Origin: a virus
Taxonomy: Duplodnaviria > Caudoviricetes
Virus record (IMG/VR): IMGVR_UViG_3300035684_000073
Span: 1-59,337 of that record
Reading direction: 5' to 3' (one strand)
DNA: 59,337 nt
Part shown: positions 1 to 9,677 of the stretch, one piece after another
Position numbering within the stretch: position 1 is the first letter of the stretch
Layout: each line of letters opens with the position of its first letter
Translations under genes and position numbers: made by a program
Notes under the pieces: generated by a model
Database searches by the model: none
Seen by the model: the letters and a program-made list of their open reading frames with translations, nothing else
Told to the model about the DNA's origin: nothing

Positions 1-2412
1 ATGCCGCAGGTGCGCCGAGCGGCGGCCGCGGACCTGTTCGGCAACGTCTATTGGATCGGGGAGGATCGAAAGCAGCTGTTCGTGCGCTCGCGGGGCGACG
101 GGTCGGTCACTCGCTTCTGGCCCGATCCGCGTGCCGAGCGCCCGGTCGGGCGGCTTTTCGTTCCCCATGGCGGCGAGACGAGGCCGGCCGCGGAGTATCG
201 CGCGCTGGCGGCAACGGACACCGGCTGGCTCGTCGCCGCGAGCGACGACGGACTCGACAGCTTCGATCTGGTCGCCGGCGGACCGCCGCTGCATTTCGGA
301 TGGCCAACCGTCGGCAGGCCCACCGTGACCGACCTCGCGCCGCGTTGCGACGGCGGGCTGTGGCTGCTCGACGGGCCCGCAAAGCGCCTGTTCGAGCTGA
401 ACGCAGCGCTGACGCTCTCGGGCGGAGGGCCGGGCGCTCCCGAGCCGGAGCTGTTCCAGCCGCTCCAGGGAGAAGGACGGTCGCGCGCGCCGGCCATGGC
501 CCCGCAGGGCCACGATCTCACCCTCATCGACCCGGAGATTGATGCGATCGCTCTCGCCGTGTTGCCCGACGGCGGCCTGGCGCTGCTGTCGGCGGCGCCG
601 GCCCGGCTCTATCTTTGGCCGGGAGCGGGCGTCATGCCGCTCCGCCCGCCGATCGAGCTCGATTTCGTGCCGCACGACATGACCGCCGGACAGGTGCTGC
701 TCCGCGGCAACGAGAGTGCCGTGCGGGTCGTCGTGTCGGACGTCACGGGCAATCAGCTGCGCGCCTTTCGGATCGAGATGGAGGGCGGGGTCGCTCAGCT
801 CGCGGAAACGGCCGAGAGCTTCCCATTGCGGCGACATGCCGGCCGCGGGCTCGTCTCAATCCAGGGAAATGCGAGCTACGACAGCGGCCCGGTCCCGAAC
901 TGGGTCCGCGTCGTCGAGAAGCCGCGCCAGCGTTTTCGCACCGAGGCGCGATTCCTGACGCCGCTGTTCGACAGCCGGCTGCCGGGCGCGGTCTGGGACC
1001 GGCTACGGCTCGACGGCTGCGTCCCCCCAGGGACGCGAGTGACGGTCGAGGCGCGCGCGAGCGACGATGCCGATGCGCTCGGGGAATGGCGGGCCCAACC
1101 CCTGCCGATCCTGTCGAGGTCGGGAAGCGAGCTTGCCGGCCATTCGGCGGCGGCGCTCGTGGCGACTGACGCAGTCGCGCAGCACGGCACGTTCGAGCTG
1201 CTGTTCCAGCGCATCGAGGGCCGCTACCTGGAAGTGCGGCTAACTCTATCCGCCGATGGGGATGCGAGCCCGAGACTGCGCGCTCTGCGCGCCTCCTGGC
1301 CGCGCATTTCCTGGGCCGAGCGCTATTTGCCCGCGCTCTACCGCGAGGATCCCGAACCCGCCGACTTCCTCGAGCGGTTCCTGGCCAACATGCAGGGCAC
1401 GACCAGCGTGATCGAGGCGCGGATGGTCGCCGCGGCGATGCTGTTCGACACGCGCACCGCGCCGCTCGAGGCACTGGGCTGGCTTGCCGAATGGTTCGAC
1501 GTGGCGCTCGATCCCGCCTGGAGCGAGGCTCGGCGACGGCTGTTCATCGCGCATGCCGTTCGCTTCTTCGGCTGGCGAGGAACGATACGCGGCCTCGAGA
1601 GCGCCTTGGCGCTGGCGTTCGGCCAGTCGCTAGACGGAACGTTGTTCAGCGAGGGCGGGTGCGGCTGCGAGGGGCCGATCCGGATCGTCGAAACCTATCG
1701 CACAAGGACGCTCGGCCGGATCGGTGCGGGCGATTCGAGCGGCATTTCCGATCCTCCAACGCACGATGTCGGCCTCGCGGAGCGCAGGAACTGGGTCGCC
1801 TTTCAGCAGGCCAGCGGTACGCCCAACCCCATGACGAGCCTGCCGCGGCTGTCGGTGCCCGCGGCGCGCGCCGCGGACTGGGCTGCGTTTCTCGAGCGAC
1901 CCTCGCCCGATCGCGCCGCCTGGCAGCGTTTCCTGGCGGCGCGCTACAGGCGCATCCGGCTGCTTAACCAGGCGCACGACAGCGCCTGGACGTCGTTCGA
2001 GGAGGTCGCGCTGTGCGACACGGCACCGGCGACTGCGGCTGGACGGGCCGATTGGGCGCAGTTCGAGAAGCGGCTGCTGCCGATCGACCGCACCGCACAT
2101 CGTTTTTCCGTGCTGTTGCCGGTCAGCGCCACCGACGCCACCGACAGCGATACGCTGAAGCAGCGCGAGTTGCTCGCGCGGCGGATCGTGGAACTGGAAA
2201 AGCCCGCCCACACCATCTTCGACATCCGCTTCTATTTCGCGATGAACCGGATCGGCGAAGCGCGGCTCGGCCACGACACCGCGATCGGCGCGGGAAGCCG
2301 TGCGCCCGAACTGCTGCCGCCCGCGATCCTTGGCAAGGCCTATATCGGCGAGAGCTTCATCGGTCCCGACGGCCTGCCGCTCACCCCCGACCGCGTGCGG
2401 CTCGCATGCTGA
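1..2412 (+). CDS. Phage tail (P2 gpI-like) domain protein of eCIS; N-terminal beta-rich region; true start may lie upstream
   Basis: YLPALYREDP..DFLERFL, L.WLAEWF, WRGT..GL..AL and C-terminal IVELEKPAHT motifs typical of tail_P2_I/baseplate wedge proteins. Confidence 0.75.
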   Translation: MPQVRRAAAADLFGNVYWIGEDRKQLFVRSRGDGSVTRFWPDPRAERPVGRLFVPHGGETRPAAEYRALAATDTGWLVAASDDGLDSFDLVAGGPPLHFGWPTVGRPTVTDLAPRCDGGLWLLDGPAKRLFELNAALTLSGGGPGAPEPELFQPLQGEGRSRAPAMAPQGHDLTLIDPEIDAIALAVLPDGGLALLSAAPARLYLWPGAGVMPLRPPIELDFVPHDMTAGQVLLRGNESAVRVVVSDVTGNQLRAFRIEMEGGVAQLAETAESFPLRRHAGRGLVSIQGNASYDSGPVPNWVRVVEKPRQRFRTEARFLTPLFDSRLPGAVWDRLRLDGCVPPGTRVTVEARASDDADALGEWRAQPLPILSRSGSELAGHSAAALVATDAVAQHGTFELLFQRIEGRYLEVRLTLSADGDASPRLRALRASWPRISWAERYLPALYREDPEPADFLERFLANMQGTTSVIEARMVAAAMLFDTRTAPLEALGWLAEWFDVALDPAWSEARRRLFIAHAVRFFGWRGTIRGLESALALAFGQSLDGTLFSEGGCGCEGPIRIVETYRTRTLGRIGAGDSSGISDPPTHDVGLAERRNWVAFQQASGTPNPMTSLPRLSVPAARAADWAAFLERPSPDRAAWQRFLAARYRRIRLLNQAHDSAWTSFEEVALCDTAPATAAGRADWAQFEKRLLPIDRTAHRFSVLLPVSATDATDSDTLKQRELLARRIVELEKPAHTIFDIRFYFAMNRIGEARLGHDTAIGAGSRAPELLPPAILGKAYIGESFIGPDGLPLTPDRVRLAC

Positions 2413-2445
2413 CCCGCACCTTTTCCCTGAAGCCGGAGGCGACCA

Positions 2446-4023
2446 ATGGCCTGCTGTAACGCCACCACCGCTACCATGCCGTCGGTCGGAGCGCCCGATC
2501 CCGGCCAGCACGTCAATTTCGTCAAGGGCATGGTCCTGGGCGTCGCCGACTATGTCCAGGAGCATGCCTATCTGATCGGGCGCAGCGAATGGATGGTGCG
2601 CGACCTGGTCGGCTACGGCACCGCCAGCGGCCTTGCCGTGCGGGTCGAGGAGGACGGGGGCAACGGTCCCAGGGTCCATGTCACGGCCGGTTCGGCAGCG
2701 GCGCCGTCCGGCCGCATGATCTGCGTCGGGCGCGACCAGTGCGGCTCGATCAACGGCTGGCTGTCCGACCCAGACAATGCCCGGCGCGTGGCCGAGCGCA
2801 TCTCGGGCTCCCCGCCGGCGGGAACGATCACCCTCTATCTGACCCTCTGCTACCGGGACTGCGCGATTGCGCCGGTGCCGGTGCCGGGCGAGCCCTGCCG
2901 TTCGGAAGCCGCGCTGATGCAGCCGTCGCGCATCGCTGACGATTACTGCCTCGACTTCCGGCTCGATCCGCCTGAACAGTGGGAAGCCGACGCGATCTCC
3001 GCCTTTTCCGCCTGGCTCGACGATATCGCCGACGAGGGACCGGCGTCGCCGCCGCTCGATCCGGACCAGTGGGCGGGCGCGATCCGCGCGGCGCTGGACA
3101 TCGTCACCGGCGATGGCGGCGAGGCTTCGCCTCCTTGGGGCGCCGCGCCGGTGCCGCCGCCGCCGGAGGGCGTCGCGGTTGACGACTATGACGCGTTCCT
3201 GCGTCTGGCCTACCGGATCTGGATCACCGAATATCGTCCGACGATGCTGGCGCGGCGCTGCGCTGATCCGGCCGGCACGGAGCAGGATTGCGTGCTGCTC
3301 GCCGCGCTCGACGTGCCGGTCGTGCATGTCGGGAGCGACCCGGCCGCCGGGTGGAGCGTCGACGGAGTCGCCGAGCTGATCGTGGACGAGGGGCGCCGGC
3401 CGCTCGTTGCGCCGCTCCATCTCGTTCAGACCGCGCTCGGCATCATGACCGATGAAACCGGCGGATGGCTGAGCCCGCCGCCCGGCCCTGCGGGCCCTCA
3501 GGGCGAGCCCGGTTCTCCCGGAGCCGCCGGGCCGGCGGGGCCGCAGGGACCTCCCGGCCCCACGGGGCCGGCGGGCCCCGCAGGGCCGGCAGGTGCCGTC
3601 GGGCCCGCCGGCCAGAGGGGCCTGCAAGGCGTGCAGGGCCCGCCCGGGCCCCAGGGACCTGCCGGACCGCAGGGAATACCGGGCCCGCCCGGCGACATGG
3701 GACCTTTCCGGCTCAAGACGGTGAGGGTCGTGGATGCCATCGAGCTCGATGACGAGGTCGACTGCGTGATCACGGTCGACAATGCCAAAGTGATCCTGCC
3801 GCCGACGCAGGCGGCTCGGCAGGGGCGGACCTACTACATCAAGGCGCTGGCGGCGACGGACGTCGTGCCATCCTCCGGCGACGGCATCGAGATGCTCGGG
3901 CAAGGCTATGTCAGTGAAGAGCCGATCCACCTCGAGAACCCGCAGGCGATCCAGCTGGTGTGCGACGAGGAGCAGCGAAGCTGGCTGATCATCAGCAATT
4001 ATATCGATCTGTCGATCCGATGA
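2446..4023 (+). CDS. eCIS fibre-like protein with collagen triple-helix region
   Basis: N-terminal [20 protein letters not shown] fibre-anchor-type motif; 25 G-X-Y triplets; small C-terminal beta domain; GGAGG RBS. Confidence 0.7.
   Translation: MACCNATTATMPSVGAPDPGQHVNFVKGMVLGVADYVQEHAYLIGRSEWMVRDLVGYGTASGLAVRVEEDGGNGPRVHVTAGSAAAPSGRMICVGRDQCGSINGWLSDPDNARRVAERISGSPPAGTITLYLTLCYRDCAIAPVPVPGEPCRSEAALMQPSRIADDYCLDFRLDPPEQWEADAISAFSAWLDDIADEGPASPPLDPDQWAGAIRAALDIVTGDGGEASPPWGAAPVPPPPEGVAVDDYDAFLRLAYRIWITEYRPTMLARRCADPAGTEQDCVLLAALDVPVVHVGSDPAAGWSVDGVAELIVDEGRRPLVAPLHLVQTALGIMTDETGGWLSPPPGPAGPQGEPGSPGAAGPAGPQGPPGPTGPAGPAGPAGAVGPAGQRGLQGVQGPPGPQGPAGPQGIPGPPGDMGPFRLKTVRVVDAIELDDEVDCVITVDNAKVILPPTQAARQGRTYYIKALAATDVVPSSGDGIEMLGQGYVSEEPIHLENPQAIQLVCDEEQRSWLIISNYIDLSIR
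3484..3708 (+). repeat. Collagen-like (Gly-X-Y)25 coding repeat
   Basis: Uninterrupted GPA-GPQ-GEP...GDM-GPF, 25 triplets. Confidence 0.95.
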
Positions 4024-4035
4024 GAGGCTAACCCC

Positions 4036-5268
4036 ATGGCGAGCGAATTCGTGGCATTGCAGGAGCCGTTCGCGGCCGATGCCATCCGCACCGTCAACTT
4101 CTTCAACGGCCGCCTGCTGACCGGCAACGACATGAGCCGGGAGCAGGCCGCGGGCCGCGAAGCCGATGCCAGGATCGGCCTTGCGGTGGGCGACGGCATT
4201 GCCAGCGGCCTTTCGGTCGAATTTCGCGGCAACATCGCACCGGGGAATCGCCCGGCCGCGACCGTCCATCCCGGCGTCGCCGTGAACCGCAAGGGTGTGA
4301 CGCTCTGCCTGAAGCAGCCAGTGACGCTGGCGCTCGAACGGGCCGCGACGCCGGGCGAGAGGAGCGTCGCGTGCCTGTTCGGCGACTGCGCGCCGCTTGC
4401 CGCCGGCGACTATGTGGCGGGAGCTGGCCTTTATCTACTGACCATCTGTCCGGCCTTCGTCAGCGAGGGGCGCGCGCAGGTGAGCGGGATGGGAGACGCC
4501 AGCCCACGTTGCGCGCTCGACGTGACGGCCGAGGCGGTGCAGTTCCGGCTGCTCGAAATCCGCGACCAGCTGTTCGAGGCAAGCCCCGCCCAGCCGGACT
4601 TCCGCAACCGCATCGCCTATGAGGCATTCGGCGCCGGCGTCCTCCCCGGCTGGCCGCCGGACCTCCTCGGCAGTGCCCCGCGCAGGGACGATCTGATCGA
4701 GAAGATGCGCGGCCACGGGCTCGATGACGCCGAGGTGCCGCTCGCTCTCATCGCGTTCGACGGCAGCGGTCATGCATTCACGGACATGTGGAGCGTGCGG
4801 CGGCCGATCTCGCTTCGCGATTCCGAGAATGTCGTCAGCGCGATCGCCGAACCCCGGCGTGAAGCGCTCGGACGTGCGATGTTCCGGCAGTTCCAGGACG
4901 AACTCCAGTCGCTTCCCGACTTCGTTCAAGGCGGCGCCAGGAGCCGCTTCGCCTACCTGCCGCCGGCGGGCCTGCTGCCCAAGCTCTCTGACCCCGCGAC
5001 CGCGCTGTTCTTCGCAGGCCTGACCACGCGCGGCCCGGTCCATATCGATGCGAGCGAGGTCGAACCGCTGCTGCGGGAGAGCTTCGTGGCGCCGGCCATC
5101 GACACGGATGGCGATCATGCGATCTGGCTTTACCGCGTCGCCCAGGCCCGCATGGACCCGAGCCGCGCCGACATCCTGCTCTTCGCGAGCGGCCATCTGC
5201 CATATCGCGGCGATGCGCGCTTCAATCTGAACCATTGGAATTACGCCAATTACGCGGCGATCCCCTGA
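4036..5268 (+). CDS. eCIS-associated protein, N-terminus paralogous to the upstream fibre-like gene
   Basis: VNFFNGRLLTGNDMSREQ..G.GIASGL.V motif; GAGG RBS. Confidence 0.7.
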   Translation: MASEFVALQEPFAADAIRTVNFFNGRLLTGNDMSREQAAGREADARIGLAVGDGIASGLSVEFRGNIAPGNRPAATVHPGVAVNRKGVTLCLKQPVTLALERAATPGERSVACLFGDCAPLAAGDYVAGAGLYLLTICPAFVSEGRAQVSGMGDASPRCALDVTAEAVQFRLLEIRDQLFEASPAQPDFRNRIAYEAFGAGVLPGWPPDLLGSAPRRDDLIEKMRGHGLDDAEVPLALIAFDGSGHAFTDMWSVRRPISLRDSENVVSAIAEPRREALGRAMFRQFQDELQSLPDFVQGGARSRFAYLPPAGLLPKLSDPATALFFAGLTTRGPVHIDASEVEPLLRESFVAPAIDTDGDHAIWLYRVAQARMDPSRADILLFASGHLPYRGDARFNLNHWNYANYAAIP

Positions 5269-5281
5269 CGGAGCAACGATC

Positions 5282-6019
5282 ATGGCCAGCAAGTCCAACT
5301 CGATCGAAAATCTCATCGCCGCATCGCAGTCGGCCCAATATCAGGCGCTCAGCCAGAAGGACCGCGTCCTGATCGAGGCGCTGCTCGTGGACCGCGGCAT
5401 TCTGAGCGCGGTGGGAACACCCACCCCTTCGCCGAGCCCGGCGCCCAGTCCGACGCCGACGACAACGACCACGACCACGACGACCATGAACCCGATCGTT
5501 CGCCTGGCCATGACGACGGTAAAGCCGGGCGATCTCATCACGGCCAGCTTCATGAACACGATCGTGGACGCGCTGTTCGCGCTCGACGAGCGGCTCACGA
5601 GGCTCGAGGCGCCGAAGCCCGCTTCGGGGCCGGCGCCCGCGCCATCGCCTACGTCTCCGGCCTCGTCAGCTCAGACCTCGATCAAGGAGGCTGCCTCCGA
5701 GTTCGTCGTCGGGCGAGAGGCACGTTTCGCAATCAGAGCGCAGCCGACCATCGAAGCCGCCGTTGCCACTACCGTGAAAGGGCTGGGCGTCCGCGTGGAA
5801 GTCACGGGGGACAATATCGGCCAGGGATTGGTCGGGAGCGTCGTCCTCGGCGAAACGAGATATGCGCCGGCGAGCCTGATCTTCACCAGGGCCGGGTTCA
5901 ACTTCGTCACCACGACCACGGTGATCAGGGCCGCGAAAAACCGGCTGACTGTCGTCACCTCGGCCGGCCAGGACAGCGCCACGATCCGGACGGCGGCCCC
6001 GCAAGAGCCGGTGCGGTAA
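5282..6019 (+). CDS. Hypothetical eCIS protein with Pro/Ser/Thr-rich linkers
   Basis: GGAG RBS; TPTPSPSPAPSPTP-T9 tract; VKPGDLITA motif; beta-rich C-terminus. Confidence 0.65.
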   Translation: MASKSNSIENLIAASQSAQYQALSQKDRVLIEALLVDRGILSAVGTPTPSPSPAPSPTPTTTTTTTTTMNPIVRLAMTTVKPGDLITASFMNTIVDALFALDERLTRLEAPKPASGPAPAPSPTSPASSAQTSIKEAASEFVVGREARFAIRAQPTIEAAVATTVKGLGVRVEVTGDNIGQGLVGSVVLGETRYAPASLIFTRAGFNFVTTTTVIRAAKNRLTVVTSAGQDSATIRTAAPQEPVR

Positions 6020-6020
6020 G

Positions 6021-7706
6021 GTGGCGGTGCCCGCGATCCGCGTGGGCCGGGCGAGGCTTGCTCATGCGCGGCCGGGCGACCGCGAGCGGCTGATGCGCGC
6101 GTTCGACCTTGCTTCTCCCGCCGCCACCGGAGTGCCGGAAGGTGCGCTGCTGCTCATCTCGAACATGCGAGTGAAGCGGCCGCTTGCCGCTGGGGTCGAG
6201 GCATTCGCCGACGAACTGATCGGCAGAATCCGCAGTGCCAGGGCCGAGGCACGGACGGGCATGGGGGCGGCTGGCTCCGGCTTCTACTTCGAAAGCCAAG
6301 TGGCGGTCGAGGCGGCAATCGTTCGAGCGGCGGTGACAGGAGAGCAAATGCCGCCGCTTCTCCGCCGCAGCGTCGCCTGCAGCGATGCACCCGTCACACG
6401 TTGGCGACGGCATCTGCTCACCGACCATCGCCTCCTCCCGAGGCTCATGGCTGCCTTGGTTGAAACGAGCCTGGCCGCGCCCTGGGTTGCGCGCTTCGCC
6501 GAGGATGAACTGCTCGTCGCGGCGCTCAGGCTTGTCCGGGCTTATGGCGGCACCATAACCTCGTTGGAGGCGGACGGCTCCGGGAACCTGTATCCGGCGT
6601 CTCCTCAGGGTCATCGGGGTCGCCCGGTTCGGCCGGCTCGCCCGAGCAAGGTCCGCCGCTCGATGAGCGTTGCGGAGGTCGTTGCGATCGCGCGGGCTCA
6701 GGCTTCCGGGCCGGGAGCGCGGCTTTTCCTGGCCGCTACCCTGCTTGCGGCGCGGCAGCCCGCTCTGATCCCGACCGAGCAGTTTCGCCAGGCTCTGGCT
6801 GATCTGGCTTCCAAAACCAGCGTCCCGCGCGGCGGGAATGCGGCGAGCGGGCAGGATCCGCCGGGGCGGCGTGGGCCTCCTGCAGCCGTGCCAGCCGGTG
6901 CGGCAAGCCGGGCGGACGCGCCCGTCCGCCCGCTGCGCCAGGCGATGCCGAGCTTTGTCTCCGCGGCTCCGCTTTCCGCGCGGCCTGAGCCGCAGCGCTC
7001 CCGGCCCGGAGCAGATCCGGGAATGGCGGCCGCGGACCGCCCGCTCGCGTCAGAGGCGGCAATGACCGTCTCCAGTCCGTGCGCCGGCCTGTTCTTCCTG
7101 CTGAACGTCTTTCTCGGGCTGGGGCTCTATGGCGATTTCACCGATCCCGCCCGGCGGCTCGGCGGCCTCTCGCCGTTCGAGCTCCTGCTGTTGCTCGGCA
7201 GGCACTGGAAGGGCCGCGGTTTCGAATCCGATCCCGTCGCGCCGCTGCTGCGCTCGCTGGCCGGGCTCGGAGCGCGTGAGCGCGCGGGTCGCCACTTCGA
7301 GGCGCCGGTGTGGAAGGTGCCGCCGGAATGGGTCGCGCCATGGTCGCGCGCGCGGCCGCGCGCCGTCGTCGCCCGCAGCCGAATCAGCCGCTGGCACCCC
7401 GCAGGCTTCCCGGTCGATGACCGCTGGCGTGAGCCGCCCGGCGCCGATGACCTGCGACGCCGCTGGCTCAGGTGCCTCGCCCGCTATCTGGAAGCGCGAT
7501 CCGCGCGGGCGCTGGGCGTCGAAAGCGGAACCGAGGCGGTCGCCACTCTGATCGAGCGGGACGGAACGATCACGACTGCAGGCGACCGCGTCCACGTGGA
7601 ATTCGCGCTCGACTCGCATCCGCTCGCAATCCGCCTCGCCGGGCTCGACCGCGATCCGGGCTGGATTCCATCAGCGGGACACAGCGTCCTGTTTGGCTTC
7701 GTATGA
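6021..7706 (+). CDS. Putative CIS tape-measure-like (Afp14-like) protein
   Basis: AGLFFLLN and IRLAGLDRDPGWIP motifs; position just before the ATPase. Confidence 0.55.
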   Translation: MAVPAIRVGRARLAHARPGDRERLMRAFDLASPAATGVPEGALLLISNMRVKRPLAAGVEAFADELIGRIRSARAEARTGMGAAGSGFYFESQVAVEAAIVRAAVTGEQMPPLLRRSVACSDAPVTRWRRHLLTDHRLLPRLMAALVETSLAAPWVARFAEDELLVAALRLVRAYGGTITSLEADGSGNLYPASPQGHRGRPVRPARPSKVRRSMSVAEVVAIARAQASGPGARLFLAATLLAARQPALIPTEQFRQALADLASKTSVPRGGNAASGQDPPGRRGPPAAVPAGAASRADAPVRPLRQAMPSFVSAAPLSARPEPQRSRPGADPGMAAADRPLASEAAMTVSSPCAGLFFLLNVFLGLGLYGDFTDPARRLGGLSPFELLLLLGRHWKGRGFESDPVAPLLRSLAGLGARERAGRHFEAPVWKVPPEWVAPWSRARPRAVVARSRISRWHPAGFPVDDRWREPPGADDLRRRWLRCLARYLEARSARALGVESGTEAVATLIERDGTITTAGDRVHVEFALDSHPLAIRLAGLDRDPGWIPSAGHSVLFGFV

Positions 7707-9676
7707 ACCTTGCGGCGCTCCCCCGCGATGCGTCCACGCACTTGCGCCTGGCGCTGCTCGGCGCAGGTGCCGAACTGTCGGCCAAGCTGGGCACGGACGC
7801 TCCGGAATGGCTTGGCGACTATGCCGCGGAGATTGGCGGTCTCGCGGGCAGGGCGGTGTCCACGAAGGAATGGGCCGAGCTCGTCCGGGTCTGGGCGCAT
7901 GGGTCGCCCGAACTGCCCCTCAGCCGACTTGCGGCGACTTTGCACGAGCCGCTCGCGCTCGACCTTCTGCTGGGCATCGCGCTTGCCGGCGAGGATGCGC
8001 GCATCGGCGCTTTGCTCGGCGAGAACGGGCATATGACGGCGGCGGCGCTCACGGCACTCTGGCGCAGCCATGACGGGCGCGACGATCCCGGAGCGGTGCG
8101 CCGCTCGCTCAACTGGCTGACCCGCATCGGGCTGGTCCGGGTCGCGAACCCCGATGCGCAGCGCTCCGACTGGAACCTGTCGGTTTCGGCAATGGCCTGG
8201 GACGCGCTCGCGGGCGATCCGACTCCGCCGGCCGGCTGCCGCCTGCTGGCAACCAACGAGCTGCTTCCGTTCGACCGGATCGTCGGCGAGGCGGGCGTGA
8301 TCGAGCGCGCTCGGCTGATCGCCCAGGCAATGGCCGAGGATCCGACCCTCGTGGCGCTGCTGCGCGGCCCGGCGCGGAACGGGCGAGCGACTCTCGCAGG
8401 CGCCGCGGCCCGTTCGCTGGGGCGGCCACTGATCGTCGCCGATGCGGCGCTGCTGGAGGACGCGGAAGCCTGGCGGCAGCTCGGCCTGTTCGCATTCTTC
8501 CACGATGGCGTGATCGTCATCGCTCTTGCCGCCGGCGTCGGCGAGGTGCGCGAGGTGCCCGGCTTCGCGCTGGAGCCGGTACGCCTCATCCTGCTGATGG
8601 GGCAGAGCGGGGGCGTGCGGCTGCCCGACAGACCCCAGGCGGCGCTCTGCGTTCCCGCCCCGCACCGCGCCGCCCGCCTGGCGCACTGGCGCAACGCGGT
8701 GCCGGAACTCGACACGGCCGGCGCGGCCGCGCTCGCGGACGCGTTCCGCCTGACGGGAGGGACGATCCACAGGGCTGCGGTCGGAGCGCGGCTCACGGCG
8801 CGGCAGGCGGGGCGGCAGGCGATCACGCGCGCCGACGTGCGCGCCGCGCTGCGCGATCTCCAGGACAGCCGGCTTGAGACGGTCGCGGCTCGCGTCGATA
8901 CTGGCAGCGAGCCGGAATTCCTCGCCCTCGACGAGGTTGCGGAAGGCGAAATCGAGGCGCTGGCGGCGCGCTGCCGGAACCGGGAGGCGCTTGCCCCCCA
9001 TGCCGGGCCGGGACCGGGAGCAGCCGGAGTCCGCGCCCTGTTCGCGGGCCCCTCGGGCGCTGGCAAGACGCTTGCGGCCCGGCGGCTGGCGCACGATCTC
9101 GCGCGTGACCTCTGGCGCGTCGATCTCGCCGCCACAGTGAGCAAATATATCGGCGAAACGGAGAAGGCGCTCGACCGTGCCTTCGCCGCCGCCGAGGAGC
9201 TCGACACCATCCTGTTGCTCGATGAGGGTGACGCGTTGATGGCGCGGCGGACCGACGTCGGTAACGCCAACGACCGCTACGCCAATCTCGAGACCAACTT
9301 CCTGCTCCAGCGCATCGAGAGCTTCTCGGGCATCCTCATCGTCACCACGAACGCGGCGGATCGGATCGACAAGGCGTTCCAGCGGCGCATGGACGTGGTC
9401 GTGCCGTTCCGCGCGCCCGACGAGTTCCGGCGTTACCAGATCCTCGACCACCAGCTCGGCGCTCATGCTGCGGACGACGGGCTGGTGCAGGAAATCGCGG
9501 TCCGCTGCGCGCTGTCGGGGGGGCAGCTCCGCAACGTCGCGCTGCATGCGCGGCTGCTGGCGCTCGATGCCGGCATGCCGATCGATGACGAGATGCTCCG
9601 CCGGGCGGTGTTCCGCGAGTATCGCAAGATCGACGGCCACTGTCCGCTGAAGCCGCTCCTGTCCGAGGTCGGCTGA
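7703..9676 (+). CDS. AAA+ ATPase (Afp15/Pvc15-like)
   Basis: Walker A GPSGAGKT, VSKYIGETEK, Walker B LLLDEGD, DRYANLETNFLLQRIE; ATG 7703 overlaps upstream TGA. Confidence 0.9.
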   Translation: MNLAALPRDASTHLRLALLGAGAELSAKLGTDAPEWLGDYAAEIGGLAGRAVSTKEWAELVRVWAHGSPELPLSRLAATLHEPLALDLLLGIALAGEDARIGALLGENGHMTAAALTALWRSHDGRDDPGAVRRSLNWLTRIGLVRVANPDAQRSDWNLSVSAMAWDALAGDPTPPAGCRLLATNELLPFDRIVGEAGVIERARLIAQAMAEDPTLVALLRGPARNGRATLAGAAARSLGRPLIVADAALLEDAEAWRQLGLFAFFHDGVIVIALAAGVGEVREVPGFALEPVRLILLMGQSGGVRLPDRPQAALCVPAPHRAARLAHWRNAVPELDTAGAAALADAFRLTGGTIHRAAVGARLTARQAGRQAITRADVRAALRDLQDSRLETVAARVDTGSEPEFLALDEVAEGEIEALAARCRNREALAPHAGPGPGAAGVRALFAGPSGAGKTLAARRLAHDLARDLWRVDLAATVSKYIGETEKALDRAFAAAEELDTILLLDEGDALMARRTDVGNANDRYANLETNFLLQRIESFSGILIVTTNAADRIDKAFQRRMDVVVPFRAPDEFRRYQILDHQLGAHAADDGLVQEIAVRCALSGGQLRNVALHARLLALDAGMPIDDEMLRRAVFREYRKIDGHCPLKPLLSEVG

Positions 9677-9677
9677 G

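Noticed and set aside
3498-3788. Minus-strand ORF that also reads as collagen-like
   Set aside because: GGN/CCN codon symmetry of Gly-Pro repeats produces this automatically
1630-4269. 879-aa minus-strand ORF
   Set aside because: Antisense shadow of motif-bearing + strand genes; no motifs and no coupling to minus-strand neighbours
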